DNA of 34,003 bases from Sphacelaria rigidula. Its lineage: Eukaryota. The notes beneath the pieces were generated by a model. It worked only from the letters and a program-made list of their open reading frames with translations. It did no database searches and was not told the DNA's origin. The DNA lies in contig CAXNAA020000028.1 of assembly GCA_964200075.2 (NCBI GenBank), positions 1 to 34,003 of the forward strand, read 5' to 3'. The translations under genes were made by a program, and so were the position numbers. Below are positions 11,201-25,100 of this stretch, in pieces. How positions within the stretch are numbered: the first letter of the stretch is position 1; every line of letters starts with the position of its first letter.

Positions 11201-14200
11201 TGGTAAAGTGCTGTACTTTCGATTGTTTGAGACTATATCCCGACCATGCAATTGAGGTTCAGCTCCGCGTACTATTCAACAGTCAAACGTCCTCGCCGTT
11301 GATGAAAAAGCTGACCTTGTGAGGCCCAACTATACGAGCGTTTGGCGGAAACGTACAGGACGCAGCCATGATGCTCGAGCAATCAACCAAAGTATTTACG
11401 AAGAGATTGGGGGAGATATTTTCCCAGGCAGGCGAGCTCTACGACTCCGATGCGAATAGGTAAGACGGCGTCAATCTAAGCCAAGAAGGCTGCGTGTAAA
11501 TCGTCGAGCGTTGGCACTCTCGAAGACGGTGTTGGTTGCGTTTGGCGTGCTAGGAACCACAAACAACAGTGCACAGGAGACCGTACTTACGAGCATACCG
11601 TACCTCTGAAAGAGGCCTGACCGCCGATGTAAACGGCGAAACCGAATGGATGCTGCAACTCCAGCGCGTGAGCCGGCAGTCTACTGCATCGACGATGGCG
11701 TCATCCGTTATGCGAGAACTTTATCTATTTTTTTCTCAGCTCCTTCGCTCTCCACTTTCTCCCCCGGGCATGCGCCCGAGTACATACAAACATTGCTTCA
11801 GGAAGACTACCTCGTTTGTGGTGTCGTTGCTCTGATGTTTTCGAGCAGTGCGCAAAAGAGGGAGTTGGCCCTTTCGAGTGCATTCCGAGAGAAAATTTCC
11901 GGTCTCGAACAAGACGCCACTAAGGTCGAACGTCTTCTGAAGTCCTTGCAGGTGGGTACACATCGCTCGTATTGCAGCGACCCCATCCCCACAACGGCAT
12001 ATCCCCGCGAACGTGCAAAGCCATTACGTTTTTGGGCAGTGCTCTTTTCAGCTTTGGCTACGATTAGAGGTACTTTACGTAAAACCACGTACCCTTTTCG
12101 ACTCTGGATAGCCCCTGAAAAAATCGCTCCCAATTCGCGTATAATACGATTAGACGTCAACGTTCATGAGAATTCGAGACTTGTTTGCGGGGACATGACA
12201 TTTACGTCATCCGATCTGCGAAAAAGTGGTGCCTGGGGTTAGAAGCGATAATTTGGCCTTCGAGCTCAATTTTCTTCTGTGAAGGGACGCACAAGTTGCA
12301 TTTCGTGGAATACTGTGTTGGATTTTGATGGGACATATCGGCCATGAATCCCCTGCCCCTGCTTCTGATGGATTTTTTTCGCCGTTCTTTGCTGGAGTCA
12401 CGCTTCACGTTGGTTTTGTAGCCAGTTTTGACCCTTAAGGCTGACCAGCTTGATGAAGCTATCGATCCAGGCTACACGTAGCGCTATGGCGTGTTCAGCA
12501 GGTTACGATGGACGACGCGGAGGTTTCCACATAGGCCCGTGACAAGCTTGGCCTTTCCATCCTCCTACTTGACCAGTTTGAGGATCATCCGCGCGTCACA
12601 ATTTTCGCTCGGGCGTGCAGCCAGGCATATGTCAGCGTCTTTACATGTTTTTCTGTTTTTTCTTCTTCCGTGTCACGCTCAAAAATTGCCTCGTTTCCTA
12701 TTTGATCTTGGCGCCGATCGCTGCTGCTTCATATCCGGGTGCTTCTAGTTTGTTTCGCCTCAATTGAGTCGTAATTCTCGCACGAAGTCGACTGCTTTTC
12801 ACGGGGAGAACAAGCCTTGAGTTCGTAGCTAAGGATGTTTTGGACCGGGCGCCGTCTGCAGTGTAGTCCGCCATGAACCGTCGAGAGAGCGGATGTTCAT
12901 TTGTCGCATACCTTCGCCTCAAGCGAGCGAGTCGTCATCACGTTGTTGTGCCAGGAGGAACGAACCCACCTCCAGTTTCGATTATCTAGCACCGAGCAAC
13001 GGGCCAGTGCGTTGGATGAACGGAATCGGACAGACAGAGCTCAGCTGCAGACGGGGCTTGAAGACTATCGGTACGCGAGTACAGAGCGAACACAAACACC
13101 ACAAGGACATCCGTGTAGTCGGCGATGTAGGGTTTGAGACGAGCGACGTTCGTAGTTGTACCATGCGCGGCGCGCTGGCTCACTTGCGGAATATAAGCTT
13201 GCAGAGAAGTTGTAACTGACGCCGTGTAGTCTCTTTTTGTGCATCGTATTCGCTGAGGGAGTCGAGCGTTGCACTGTCTCTCTTCGCCCAGGCATCGTGT
13301 GATGCAGCTACAGCACGTCGTCGCCGGATATGAAGAGAAAGCCAGGAGGCTGGAACAAATAGAGAGGTAATAATTCAACGCACGGGGATCCGGGGCAAGC
13401 ATTACGATGAAGAAGCGACGGAAAAGTGTGTCATCGAACGATTTTCCAAACGGCACGCTGCTCCCGAGCGAGGTTTACTTGCAAGTCAGTACCGGCGCTC
13501 TGGGCAGTACACATGGCGCAGGGTCGAGTTCCTTTCAGTACCGGAGTGCCATGGAGTAGATCAGTCCGAAAGCAAGGGAAGCCGACGTTCTTTTTTGTTT
13601 CTGCTGTTGCGGCAGGGAGCCACGCTTAGGACCGGTGCTAAACAAGGCACCCAAAGGGTCCCCGCCACCGGTGGAGACAACTCAATTGAGAAAGCTGCAG
13701 GCGGATGTAGAAAAATTGACGGCGGAAAACACCGGTAAGGGGCGCAGTCAAGGAGTTGACTGCGTGCAGTACCATCACGCGTTACTCATATTGCTGCGAC
13801 CACAGCGTGATTGTAAGATTCTGCCCCACCTCCATCTCCTGCTCATTTTCTACTCTCGGGAAAATTACACGTCGCCGCAAGATCTGGTGAAAGTCAACAA
13901 GAACCTCAACCTTGAGCTTGTGGTTCTCCGTCTGAATGAGCAAAGCGGCCGGCGGATTGGCGAGCCGAAGCCGAAGCCGGTGAGTGACGGTTTGCGACCA
14001 GAAACGGATGGCCACCGTACAAGCGCTGTTCGAGTCAATGGCATTTAACCGTGGGTACTCCATGCGTCAAGCTGCTACTACAGGCTTGTACGCATGCACG
14101 GCTTGATTGCATTTCTCCCGTCGCCCGATTCGCCTCCAGATTGACAACAATAGTAGTTGAACCGCTTAGGGCCTGAAGCTTACGACCTATCGATTGCTTT

Positions 14201-16101
14201 ATTTTTTGTGAGTTACCGTCCGTGGATAGTGACGCATATCCTCAAACATCACCAAGCACTGAAACAATAGCGTGCAGTCAGTACAGTTCAGATCTAAACT
14301 AGAGCATCCAGTACAGTACGACCTTATCGACCTGCTTGTGTGGGGACTGTCGCCAACAGACATGTCTCTCACCACGATGTCAGGGTGGCAACGTCTCACT
14401 TCGTAGACGTTGAATCAATAATAGGCATAGGCCAACAATAAGCCTATGTGCGCGATATGTGTCATGCGGCTAAGCCCATGTTGCTAGTATCACATGTGTG
14501 GTACTCTCCCTGGTACTTGCTGACGACTCGTACATTACAAGCTGATGGTGATGGCAGAACGCGGAAACATTGCCCCGAGTGCGCTGCCGCCGCCAGCCGG
14601 TTCGGGTACACAGAGTTGTAGATGTAGCCACTCCTGCGTCAGTCAGTCGTCGCTTGCTGGCGATTCCTCTCCGATCTTCGTCGCTGTTTGTTCGTTTGGG
14701 TGTCGTTTTTGTATGAGGTGAGGCTGCACCGAATCGGGTCGGAGGAGACAGCGGGCTTTTGCATTTTAATTTCACACTTGAGTCAAGTCACACTTTTGTG
14801 GCTGATTTTCATTCCGAAATCAAGTCATTTTCCCTCCGGATAAATATATTTCGCCACTTTTTAGTCGTCAGCCGCTCGGTTGATCCACCCTCCGCCAAGG
14901 GGATCGATTGACCACCAGCCGAAAAACAAAGCACATAAATAATTATACCGTGTGTTGACACCCGGCCGAGGCCGCCAGGTTTATGAAGGCTTCGCGGGCG
15001 ATCCTGACCGTATCAGGCATTCAACGAGTTGTGCTATTTTTGGTCTCTACAACACTGACTCCGACACTCGCTGCCTCGCTCTCGGTAATCCTCCCTTCGG
15101 TTCCTCCCTGATATGTCGATACCGGAGGACAGGCCGTGCCGCAAACATCTGATCCTGGTTCATCCCCTGTGGAAGACGAGCGGCAATATTCCGATGGCGG
15201 CAATGCCGCGGTTGAAGAAGAGCTCAACAACACGCAGCAGGAGCTGTCACGGGCGGAAGCGGCACTGCGCGAGACCAAGGTTTGTATGCGGCGGTGACGA
15301 AGATCTAATAAGAGGGGTGTGAGGAGGGATCGCGACAGCAGGGGGAGATATGGAAATACCAACGTCAAGGGGCTATAATCTCTTGCGGTGGCCCCATATA
15401 CTGCCAATTCTTTCAGTCGGTCACCTATCAGATTTGACGATGTCCGAGTAGGGTGCTGCTGAGCTCCGGTGGCGATCGAGAAGTATTATGCCGATTGATT
15501 GGCCGTCATATTGATCCCTTCGAGGTAGATTTTCCCCCAGACTGTCATTCGGTTCTTACACATCAGCCGTACGTCGCTTTGATATTCGTGTTCGTTCTCG
15601 CGTGCTGGGGTTTTATCTAGCATATATATCCAGTATGCTCCGATCCCTGCGAAAACTGGTGGCGATAAGACAATAACGTCATCGTGAGACTTGATTCGCT
15701 GCCTTCCCCCCTGCCCAACACTCCGCCGCAACAAATTTACAGCACGAGAAGAAATCGCTGTCGGAGCGTGTCAAGACCCTCACCGGAGAACTAGAGAAAG
15801 AGAAAAAGCGAACCACGGTGGTCAACAACCCCGCCCCGGACGTATTCGAAGAGGTAAGCACACCGCAGTCGCGTTGTCACGGTCGTATCACAGGACGACG
15901 TCCTTGTCGTGGTTGCAGCTCTTGCTTGTTCTTACCTGGCCTTTCCAGGTATATTTTCGACCGTTTATGTGCTCACAGAGGAAACGAAAGAATCGTAGAC
16001 CGTTTCGGAAATACCGTAGTATTTCACAAGGGGATCAGATGCCCAGTACGAATGTACCGCGCAGATACCGGAACGACTTTTAATGTAAAGATAACAACAA
16101 C

Positions 16102-16135
<34 letters not shown>

Positions 16136-19100
16136 ATGACAACAACAATCATCTGCCTTTTTTCAATTTCGATCATGGTCTGTCTTCAATCGCTACCGAG
16201 CCCTCTACCCGGTCATAGTCTTTCTCTTCCTCGCCAGGAAAACATTCGGAGGATACCAAGAGCATAACGTTTCACGAGCGACGCCTTTTCTTCTCTTTTC
16301 CGCCTTGATCGTCGTCGCAGAGTCTCCGTGACGCCTTGCGCGACCTTCGCCGTGGAACAAGCGACCAGTTGTCAGAACAAAACGAAAGTCATCGCGTCGC
16401 TTTGAGCGAGCTCGGAGGTGTTCTTAACATGGAGCGCAAAAAGGGTAAAAAGGCGGCAGAGGCTGCACAAGTCGAGATTACGGGCCTGCGGGCAGAACTC
16501 GATAATGCGCACGAAGAGCTAGAGGTAAAGCAATGGATCCTATCGGATGCTCAACCCAGCAGGCACAATGGAGAAACATACCGCAAATAACTGCGTGATG
16601 CGTCATACGAGACAGAGTTCGCATGTTCGCACCATGCGCTCATGGCACATATATTCAAACTCCGCTGGCCTAGCATGGCGACTGCCGTCGCCTTTACTTC
16701 CGCAGCCTGAAGATTCGCGTCATTTGTATAAGACACTTCAATCCCTTCGTTTGCTGACACCGCAGAACTCGCGCAGGTGAATTTTTTCTTCACGCGAATT
16801 ATCAAGCAATTTCAAAAAGTACCCGTGCATGCATTCACTTGCAAAGCAGAAATAAGTCCCCCAAGGGGCAATCAAGCAGGACCCTAAACTCCAGACTATG
16901 TTGTGCCCATTGTTCATTAACATGGTCCCCGTCTCGCGTCCAATATCATCGTGATCTTAACCTCTATGATTTCGGCGGCTAATTCACACCCGTTCGTCTC
17001 CCGTAAGAAACAAAATAAAAAGATGCTGCGGTCACCTCTTCCCGAAGAAACGGCAAGCGTCGTCGCCCCGACTCAAGCGACCCCGGCGCCTCCACCGGTC
17101 GACGTTGTGGATGAAGTCCCGCCCGTGACGCCATCGACATCGATGAAAGACGACGACATAGACGAATCGACGAACGACAACTTTACCCCCGTTGATTACG
17201 CCGAGCTCGTCCACCGTGCTGTGAGTCAAGAAGAAGCAGAGATGAGTGAGCTGAGGAGGAAGGCGGAAGGTGCCGGCGTGGTGAGAACCGCAGAGCCGTA
17301 GAAGTGGCAGACACGTAAGGGTATGTGTTTCGAAGCTGTGCACAAAGGCATGGGGGGGGGGGGGGGTGAAAATCGCATCGTGGGAAGAAGGAAAACATAA
17401 GCGCAGATGGTTTGCGTGGGTACAACGCATATTTTGTGCAAGTGTCAGTGAGTCGACACTTTGTTCGCATTTCTTCTGCACGCCGAGCGCTTGCTGCGCG
17501 GTCATCTGTGTCACGACAGCAGCTGTGAGGCCTGTACATTCACGAGCGTGCAAGCGTATCGTATGTTCCAAACCTGAGTGACGGTAGCCAGGAAAACTCG
17601 GTAACGTATTATTCGCCGTCAGGAATATCGAAACGCGTGTGTAGTGGCTGAGTGTGTTGGGCTCAAGAATCGTCACACGTTTCACTCATGCCCACTTCTT
17701 TTGCCCGAGTACCGACCAATATCTGCCGTAATTAGACTACTCCGTTTCGTAGCGTTTCGTTAATGGACATCATTACCCAGCTCCTTTTCAAACAACCAGG
17801 CTCAGTGGCATTTTCAGAAGGCCGAGAAAATGTACTCCGACGTGGTCGACTGTTGTGGCGAAGGCCTCTCGTCGGTGGAGCACGTTCTTCGAGATAGGGC
17901 AGCCCCAACTAAGTCGGAGGATAAAGGTAAGCAGATGTGGAAGAGGGAGGCAATCAACGCGCGTCGAATACGTACTGCAGATCGCGTGCAAAAGAGGAAC
18001 GCCAGCCTTGATTGTAAGACACGTAGGCTCGAATGTCGGGAACCTCGTGTGGTAGAGCATGGCAGGGCGTATCTGTCTGAGAAAACAAGGTAACGCACGT
18101 AACACAGTTAAGGTCTATTAGCACCAGAACTGAAGACTGGCCTGCAAGTGGTGTGCACCCGGTTGTGCAGCATTATGTCGGTGTGTACACTTGTTTATGT
18201 TGTTTCTTTTTTATCGATGCATGCACGGGTTTTGTCGTCTCCCGACCGTCGCCTTCATGTTGTCAATGATGACGATCTACCTCTCCATCAACGCTTCCTG
18301 GTGAATCGTCGGTCTACTCGCCATCAGAAGTCGACGAAGATGCAGCGGCCAGCATTCAACAGGCTCTAGCGCTGGCATTGGAGAGAGCGATTGCCTCAGC
18401 CAACCTTCTGCTCCGCGAGACGTTGTTGGGAAGGGTCAGGGCATGCGAGGCCGAAAAACAGGCGAGAAGACAAAGGGAAACAAATCGCTGCCGAATATGT
18501 CACTTCACAGTGGTCGAATGCATCATACGAATGGGTTTATAAAGTAATGCCACAGGCAAAAGATGTGCTAGACATGAAAGTAACAGATGGCACGCTTGGT
18601 ACCGAAAACGTTGTGCTGACATAATTGTATAGAAATGCCCCACAAGGAGCTCCGCTTCGTCGCACCATGCAAACGTGACCGACAGTTTTTGTACAAGCCC
18701 ACATCTCGAGGTCCTCAATACTGTTGGAAAGGAGAAACAGATACAAAGTCTTATTCGCAGAGGAAGTTCCCACCACGACCCGCGAGGTAAAGAACAGGAG
18801 ACGGGTCGTTAGTTGCAGGAAAAACAGCCTACTCCGGCTCACACCAACTAATATGGATCCATTATGTTTGACTCATTGAAAACGTTAAATGTGAACACCC
18901 TAATGCCCCCCCGTGCCCCTCACCCCCCTATTGGATCCTGCCTGCGGCTGTCGTCGATAGTTACTGACGGAGCAAGCGACGGCCGAGGCAGAGGCAAGCA
19001 AAGCGGCGACTTTGGATCGAGAGAACAGGTCGCTTGTCGAGCAGCTGCACGAAAAACAAGTGAGCGCATGCAATATTTCAGTAACGCTCTTGACTACTGC

Positions 19101-22100
19101 AACATACGTAATGGGTGTATAGCACATCTCCAGGAAGTAATGCGGTTATGCCAGAGAAGCGAGCGGCGGCGACGATACTCTGGAGTGTCGTCGTAGCATA
19201 TATTCCACGTGTTGCGCAGGCTCACCGGTCAAGAAACGGGTGATTCCTCCTGAGCGCGCCTACTCTCTGAAACGATAGGCGCATATAACCGCAGCCATGA
19301 CCGAGCTAGCTTCGCTCAGGCAAAGATCGCGAGAAGAGGTACTTCCGGTGCCTGTTGAGCCGGTGTTGGAAAGCAAAGCGGTGACACCGCCAGTCGCGAG
19401 GAAGTCGCACAGTACCAAGCTGGAGCTCGTCCATCCAGTTGTCAAACGAAATTCTGAAGTGGCCGAGGCCGAAATGTGGCGGCGACGGTACGAGCACTTG
19501 GCTGGGCTTCTAGCAGATACCACCAAGGTAATGATGTGCATGGCGGTAGAATACTACCGACACCTACACTTATACATACGTACCCTATGTACTCACTGTG
19601 TAAGCGGTGCGAAAAAGAAATGTTAGGCTCATGGAAAAGCGATGTTAGTCATGCTTCGGCTAGTCTAGTATTATGCTCCCGCTCTCGTTCGTACATGCGG
19701 ATCACGACACGTAGGCAAGCTCTCAGACACTGCTTGCAACCATCACGCCCCTCATAGCCCAAAACATTCTTCTCCGCGTCTTTCTTTGGCCTATTCCTCC
19801 TATACACCCTCGTTGAACATTACAGGAGAGCCGCCGGACGACCCCAGCGCGAGTTCGACGATCCCCGCGGCCTATTGGCACCACAGTTTCTCTGAAGCGA
19901 TTGTCCGTCAACACTCGAACAAAAAGAGAGCAGCCTACCCCCTCCATCAGCACCCTCCGCCCCCGAGCACCTGTTGTTGCCGAGGCTCACTTTCCGGTGA
20001 CGGACACAGACATCGAAGTTGGCACCACGGGTGATGGGCGATCTGAGCCTGGCCAAATTTCGCCGGTGAGCTCTATCTCTCTCGAGCGGAAAGACGACAG
20101 TGGTAGCCTACCACTAGCTACTTCTACCGATGACGGACCAAGTAGTACTCGGGTTTCCACTCGCAGGGATTCTTGCGATAGTGCCATGCAAACCGAAATC
20201 GGTCTCCAGCAGAACGAGCTCATCGACAACACACCACGGGCTACTTCCGCGGATGGCGGACGAAGCACTCCTCGTGATTCCACTCGTAGGGACTCCTGCG
20301 ATAGTGCCATGCAAACCGAAATCGGTCTCCAGCAGAACGGACGCAACGACAACACACCACGGGCTACTTCTGCGGATGGCGGACGAAGCACTACTCGCGT
20401 CTCCACTCGCAGGGATTCCTGCGATAGTGCCATGCAAACCGTATTCAATCTCCAGCAGAACGAGGGCAACGACAACATACAAGGAGGTACTTTTCCGGAT
20501 GGGGGGCAAAGCGCTACTCGGGTTCTTACTCGCAAGAATTCTTGCGATGGTGTTACGCAGACTGCAGTCTTGGACGGTCCTCAAACGTCGGAAGGCGCCA
20601 CTCAGGTCAACTTAGTAGCTCCTTCTGGAATAAATACTGACGGTGGGCAGACATCCTGCGTTGCCGCTGCTGGCATCACCCAGGGGCGCGTCGATGAGGC
20701 AGGTCTCGATAGGGCATTAGTTGGGTTTCACGAGATGCAAGGAACACAAAAAGAGCAGCTGTGTAAAACGAACTCTTACGACAGCAGAGTGGAGACCCTG
20801 ACTGTTGTGTAAGTGATCATCGGCCATTTTTCGACAACACCGTCCAGCTGCTACAATTTGTATCCTATATCCAACAGCACTGCTTCACTTGCCATCGCTG
20901 AAGCGTCTACCACATCAAAAGTATAGCCGTTTCATCCTTCGGGTCGCTTGCACGTCTCTTGTTCGAATGATTTCGACGCCAGGTTACCCCCCCACCCTCG
21001 GGTGCACATGCTGAACCCGATACCACAGTGGATAAGACGGTACCGTCAAGTGGGCATAGTGACGGCGTCTCGAGCACGACGCCAACCGTAACGCGTCTGG
21101 AAACGATCAAGGGCAGCAGTAAATCGGGGAGACCATCGTTGGCGGCAGCAATTGTGAAGGGGATGCCAGCTACTGACGCCACGGATGTACTACGTGAGCG
21201 GGCGGGGCGAGAGGAAGCCGACGTGATAATGGAGGGTACTGATATTGCACCATTTGAAGCTACGACCGAGAACGCCGATGATGGTGTTGCTGGTGTCGAT
21301 GTTGGCCAAGACAAAAGCAAATATAATGATGATGACGATAGTACAGTCGAGCTTGGGAGGGATGCTCGCAACGAGAAAGCAAAAGAGGACAGGGCAGACT
21401 ATGGCAATATCGAAGACGGGAGGGCTGTTGACGGTGCCGAAAAAGATGAAGATGGTGAATGCATTGAAACTAGTGAGCAGCACGGCAAAAACAAACAGAG
21501 CATCTTCTCGGACAGTGGCGAAGTCGATACTTCAGCGTCTGCAGCCAAGTCTTTCGAGGAAACCTATGAGAAGATTGACGAGGAAATCTTGCTGGACAAG
21601 CTCTTGAACAATGCGACGCCATCCGACACGTTCAAAGGCGACCACGAGCAACTGGTTCTCAACCTCTTGAAATCCCGCGGGAATGGTCCATCTCCACGGG
21701 GCGAGACACACGCGAACGAAGAGACAAATGTGAGCAAATATGGCGGCATTGTACCCGTAATACGTCCTATACCCCCCTCAACGTCACCCTACTGGATACC
21801 GGCACACAAGAATGAACGCCGGCGCGATTGAGGCGATTAGCAGGGTGCTAGAGCTTCACTGATTACTTGGTAGCCATCTACACCAACATGGGTTTGTTGC
21901 CTAACAATTGCTTCTGGGGGGTAGTGTCCGTGTTGAGGTTTTACATGGTTTGTATGTATGGCTGTCGCCCTATGGTTTGCATAATGCTCACTCGTCCTGT
22001 AAATCGTTCAAAATCGGGTTTCTAAGGAAACCAACGGCGATAGTACGGGGGCGAACTGCTCAGAATGCCCGCTTCTGAGGCGAGAGCTGGACGCGAGACT

Positions 22101-25100
22101 GGTACAACTGGAGAGCCTTAAAGGCCAGGTGGGTTTTATGGCAATACCGTCACTTTCAGATGTGCGAGCACGATCAGAAAAATGCGATGGCGATCTTACA
22201 CAAACATATTGTGCCGACGTGGGTTTGCGGGGTCATGGCTGAGGGCGATGACGGTTTGATATCACATTTCGACAAGTCCGCATTGTTCAAGGAATAGCAC
22301 AGCTACCTCGAAGTAACAAGGGCGCGCCAGAGCAAACAAACGTTGGCCAAGCGAGAAGGATTTTCCTTTCGGCGCGGCGCCCGCACGGTGAGCACAAGTA
22401 GTGAAACACACTCCCTGTTATATTTTGTTCGTGGCCCTTGCATTCGCCATCTCTGTGCGCAACAGCTCGCGGCAGTCGAGAGTGACTTGGAGGATTCGGA
22501 ACACCGCGTCTACAGCTTGTCGTCAGACAACGCATCCTTGAAGCGGAAATTGGCAAAGCATTCCAACATGTTGCGCAGAGCGCAATCGTTCGCAGACGAG
22601 GCAAGTACAGAGCACGTCGTAGCGCGCCTTTTTCAGTGTTGCGCCACATTGCACTACACTTGGGGTATGGTACGAAAACCTGACCAATTTTAATCTGGTT
22701 TGTTACTGATGACGTTGCACGTGCATAAACTTGCTTCGACACCAGACCTCTGACACGTCTGGACGCAGTACTAAAGCGAATAAAACAAAAGTTCGCATCA
22801 CCCAGCGAAATTGACTTCACCGTGTCTCCATCACTGCATGGACGTGGCGTGCACGTGGCCATCCGATCCAATGTCTTATCACCACGTGTTCCACATAATA
22901 CTTTCTCTGACATAGTCTCTTATCACTTCAGGTGATCCACTCACCCAGCACCGACGAGCCTATCGCTAAATGCGCTCGAACCTTGAAGGAAGTATTCGAT
23001 AAGGTAGGGAGTCCCAATACCGAGGATGTCGTTGAACAAGGTGACATGAGACGGGATGGGAGCGGGACCTCGGTGACTAAGCCGATGACTGGCGCAGACA
23101 AGAAAGAGGGCAACCGCAGCGAATCGGTGCGAGAATTCCGCGGGTCTCAGTCTTCGAACCCTCAAAGCACCGCTGCACAAAGGTCAAAGGAGCGGCGAGG
23201 GTCCACTCGCACGAGCCGACGTGTCAGTGACAATAACACCCGCAGTGCTACCGGACAAGAAGCGTCGATAGCGCGCGCCGGTTCTTCCACTGGTGCAAGA
23301 AATTCTTTGACATCAAACAACAAACGACAAAAGCGCGGATCCACTTACGCAAGACGAGGTTCTTTGCTCGGCAAACCGCGATCGAAGACGAAAAAGGAGC
23401 GAAGAGGTAGTATCATAACAGCGGCGCCAACGGCAGCGGCTCCACCAGCGTCGGAGGGGTTCGCAAGATCGGAAAAGGGGCTTCTGGAGGATGGTTTTGT
23501 CGCGTCCGGTCGCGGCGATGGGATAGCATGCGATGGCAATGAACTGGGTTGGGGCTCTGGGAACCCGGGGAATGTTGCGGGGACCTCCGATATTGAACCA
23601 CTGGGGGGTGATGATCCCGAAGAAAAAGGTGGGACACAAGAAGTTGAAAGGGTTTGACATTCGTACGAAGGAACATATGACCCGCTGGGTAACAACGAGA
23701 AGACGCCCGATTTTAGCCCTGCGAACAGACACGGAGTCGTTCCATGTTGAGGTGGACGCCCCGCCCCATACCTTCATGGGACGTGGCGGTCTCGGTTGGG
23801 CAAATGTCTGCCATTCGCCAAGAACTATGCATACAGATCTCGACAGCACGATGATTTTCCATTTTCTTCACCTGGTGCACTATGTTTTGCTCTTGTGCTG
23901 CACTTGTCACAGGTCGCGAGCCACGCAAATCTGCGCCACCGGGAGAAGACAAGCTTCGCGCGCCCCATAACAGCACTCCTCCATCATCTTCCATCATCAG
24001 CGGTAATGACCATGAAATCAACTGTACCGAGCACTCCGCAGCGGATCAGAAAATATTTGCCGGTGATCACGACGGCCAAGAGCAAGAGCCGGCGAAGGTT
24101 GCCCTGGTTACATCTCCGGCGTTTGTTCACCAAGCGGATGAGGAGCAAACAGAACCCCGGCCATGGTCGGAGGGCGGCAACGAGGGCAATGTGGGCGGCG
24201 ACGGCACTCTAGCTGCAGAATGTGTGATGCCTGATTCTCTCAGCAGCAGGAGAAGTGAGGCACTAGCAGCAGAAGTTGACAATGGAGAAGATTTGATGGA
24301 GCTCGGAACGGGCGGTGACAATCGGGCACCAGCGGCAGCTGACAGGCGAGAAGAGCGGAGCTCGAAGAAGTCTGGGGACACAGGACAAGATGCGGCCGGA
24401 AGACAACCAGATTATACCGAAACAAACACGGCGAGGGATAACAAGGGCGGGATAAAAAGGATAACGGTAGCTAACACGCTCGAAGAATCGAGTGCGTCGA
24501 CCTCAGGCAACAACGGAGCAAAACTCAAGGCAACCACAGCGAGAACGGCACCTGTGGAAGGGGTCCTCCCGAAAGAGTTTGTGCCGGGTCGGAAATCCCT
24601 AATTGCCTACGCTGAGGTGTGTCTTCTGCCGAGGAGCCAAACCTGATACTCACCTATTTGTGTTGACATGCTCTACCAGTACCATGCCACGAAACACGAT
24701 GCGATCGTAGTAGGAAAATGACATGCAGATGGTATAGACGTGGCTCTCCTGCCGACCATCCTTGTTTGTTCTGTTGGACTGGGTATCTTGATTCAATATA
24801 CGCCTGATATGCACTTCAGGCGGCCGCGAGATGTAAGCTTGCAATTGAAGCCTTGGAGGATGCTAGTTTCACACTGTCCGAAGAAGGCAGCAGAGCTGAA
24901 GATTCTGGTAATGATCTCAAGGACGACAGAGGCTCACAAGAGCAGCAGATGCAGACGCTGCTGGACATCTATCGTGACTTGAAGGCTGGCATGATGGAGT
25001 GGGGGGTCGAGGTGAAGTCCGCCCCAAACAGACATCATCTCTGGATCAGGATAACTCCCCTTGCCTGTTCCCGGGCACGCAATGATGGGCGATAATCTCC

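Noticed and set aside
14160..15000. Possible TIR element in intron 9
   Set aside because: The putative inverted ends match too poorly and there is no TSD.
15818..16267. ORF with a poly-Thr tract
   Set aside because: Read-through of exon 11 into an intron containing an (AAC)n microsatellite; a strong GAG|GTAAG donor lies at 15854.
20117..20563. CRISPR-like array
   Set aside because: The units are contiguous, in-frame 123-bp coding repeats without unique spacers, in a eukaryotic exon, with no cas genes.
19987..21483. Long minus-strand ORFs (19987-20535, 20114-20584, 20907-21371), and similar ones at 23313-23849 and 28132-28527
   Set aside because: These are antisense shadows of GC-rich + strand exons.
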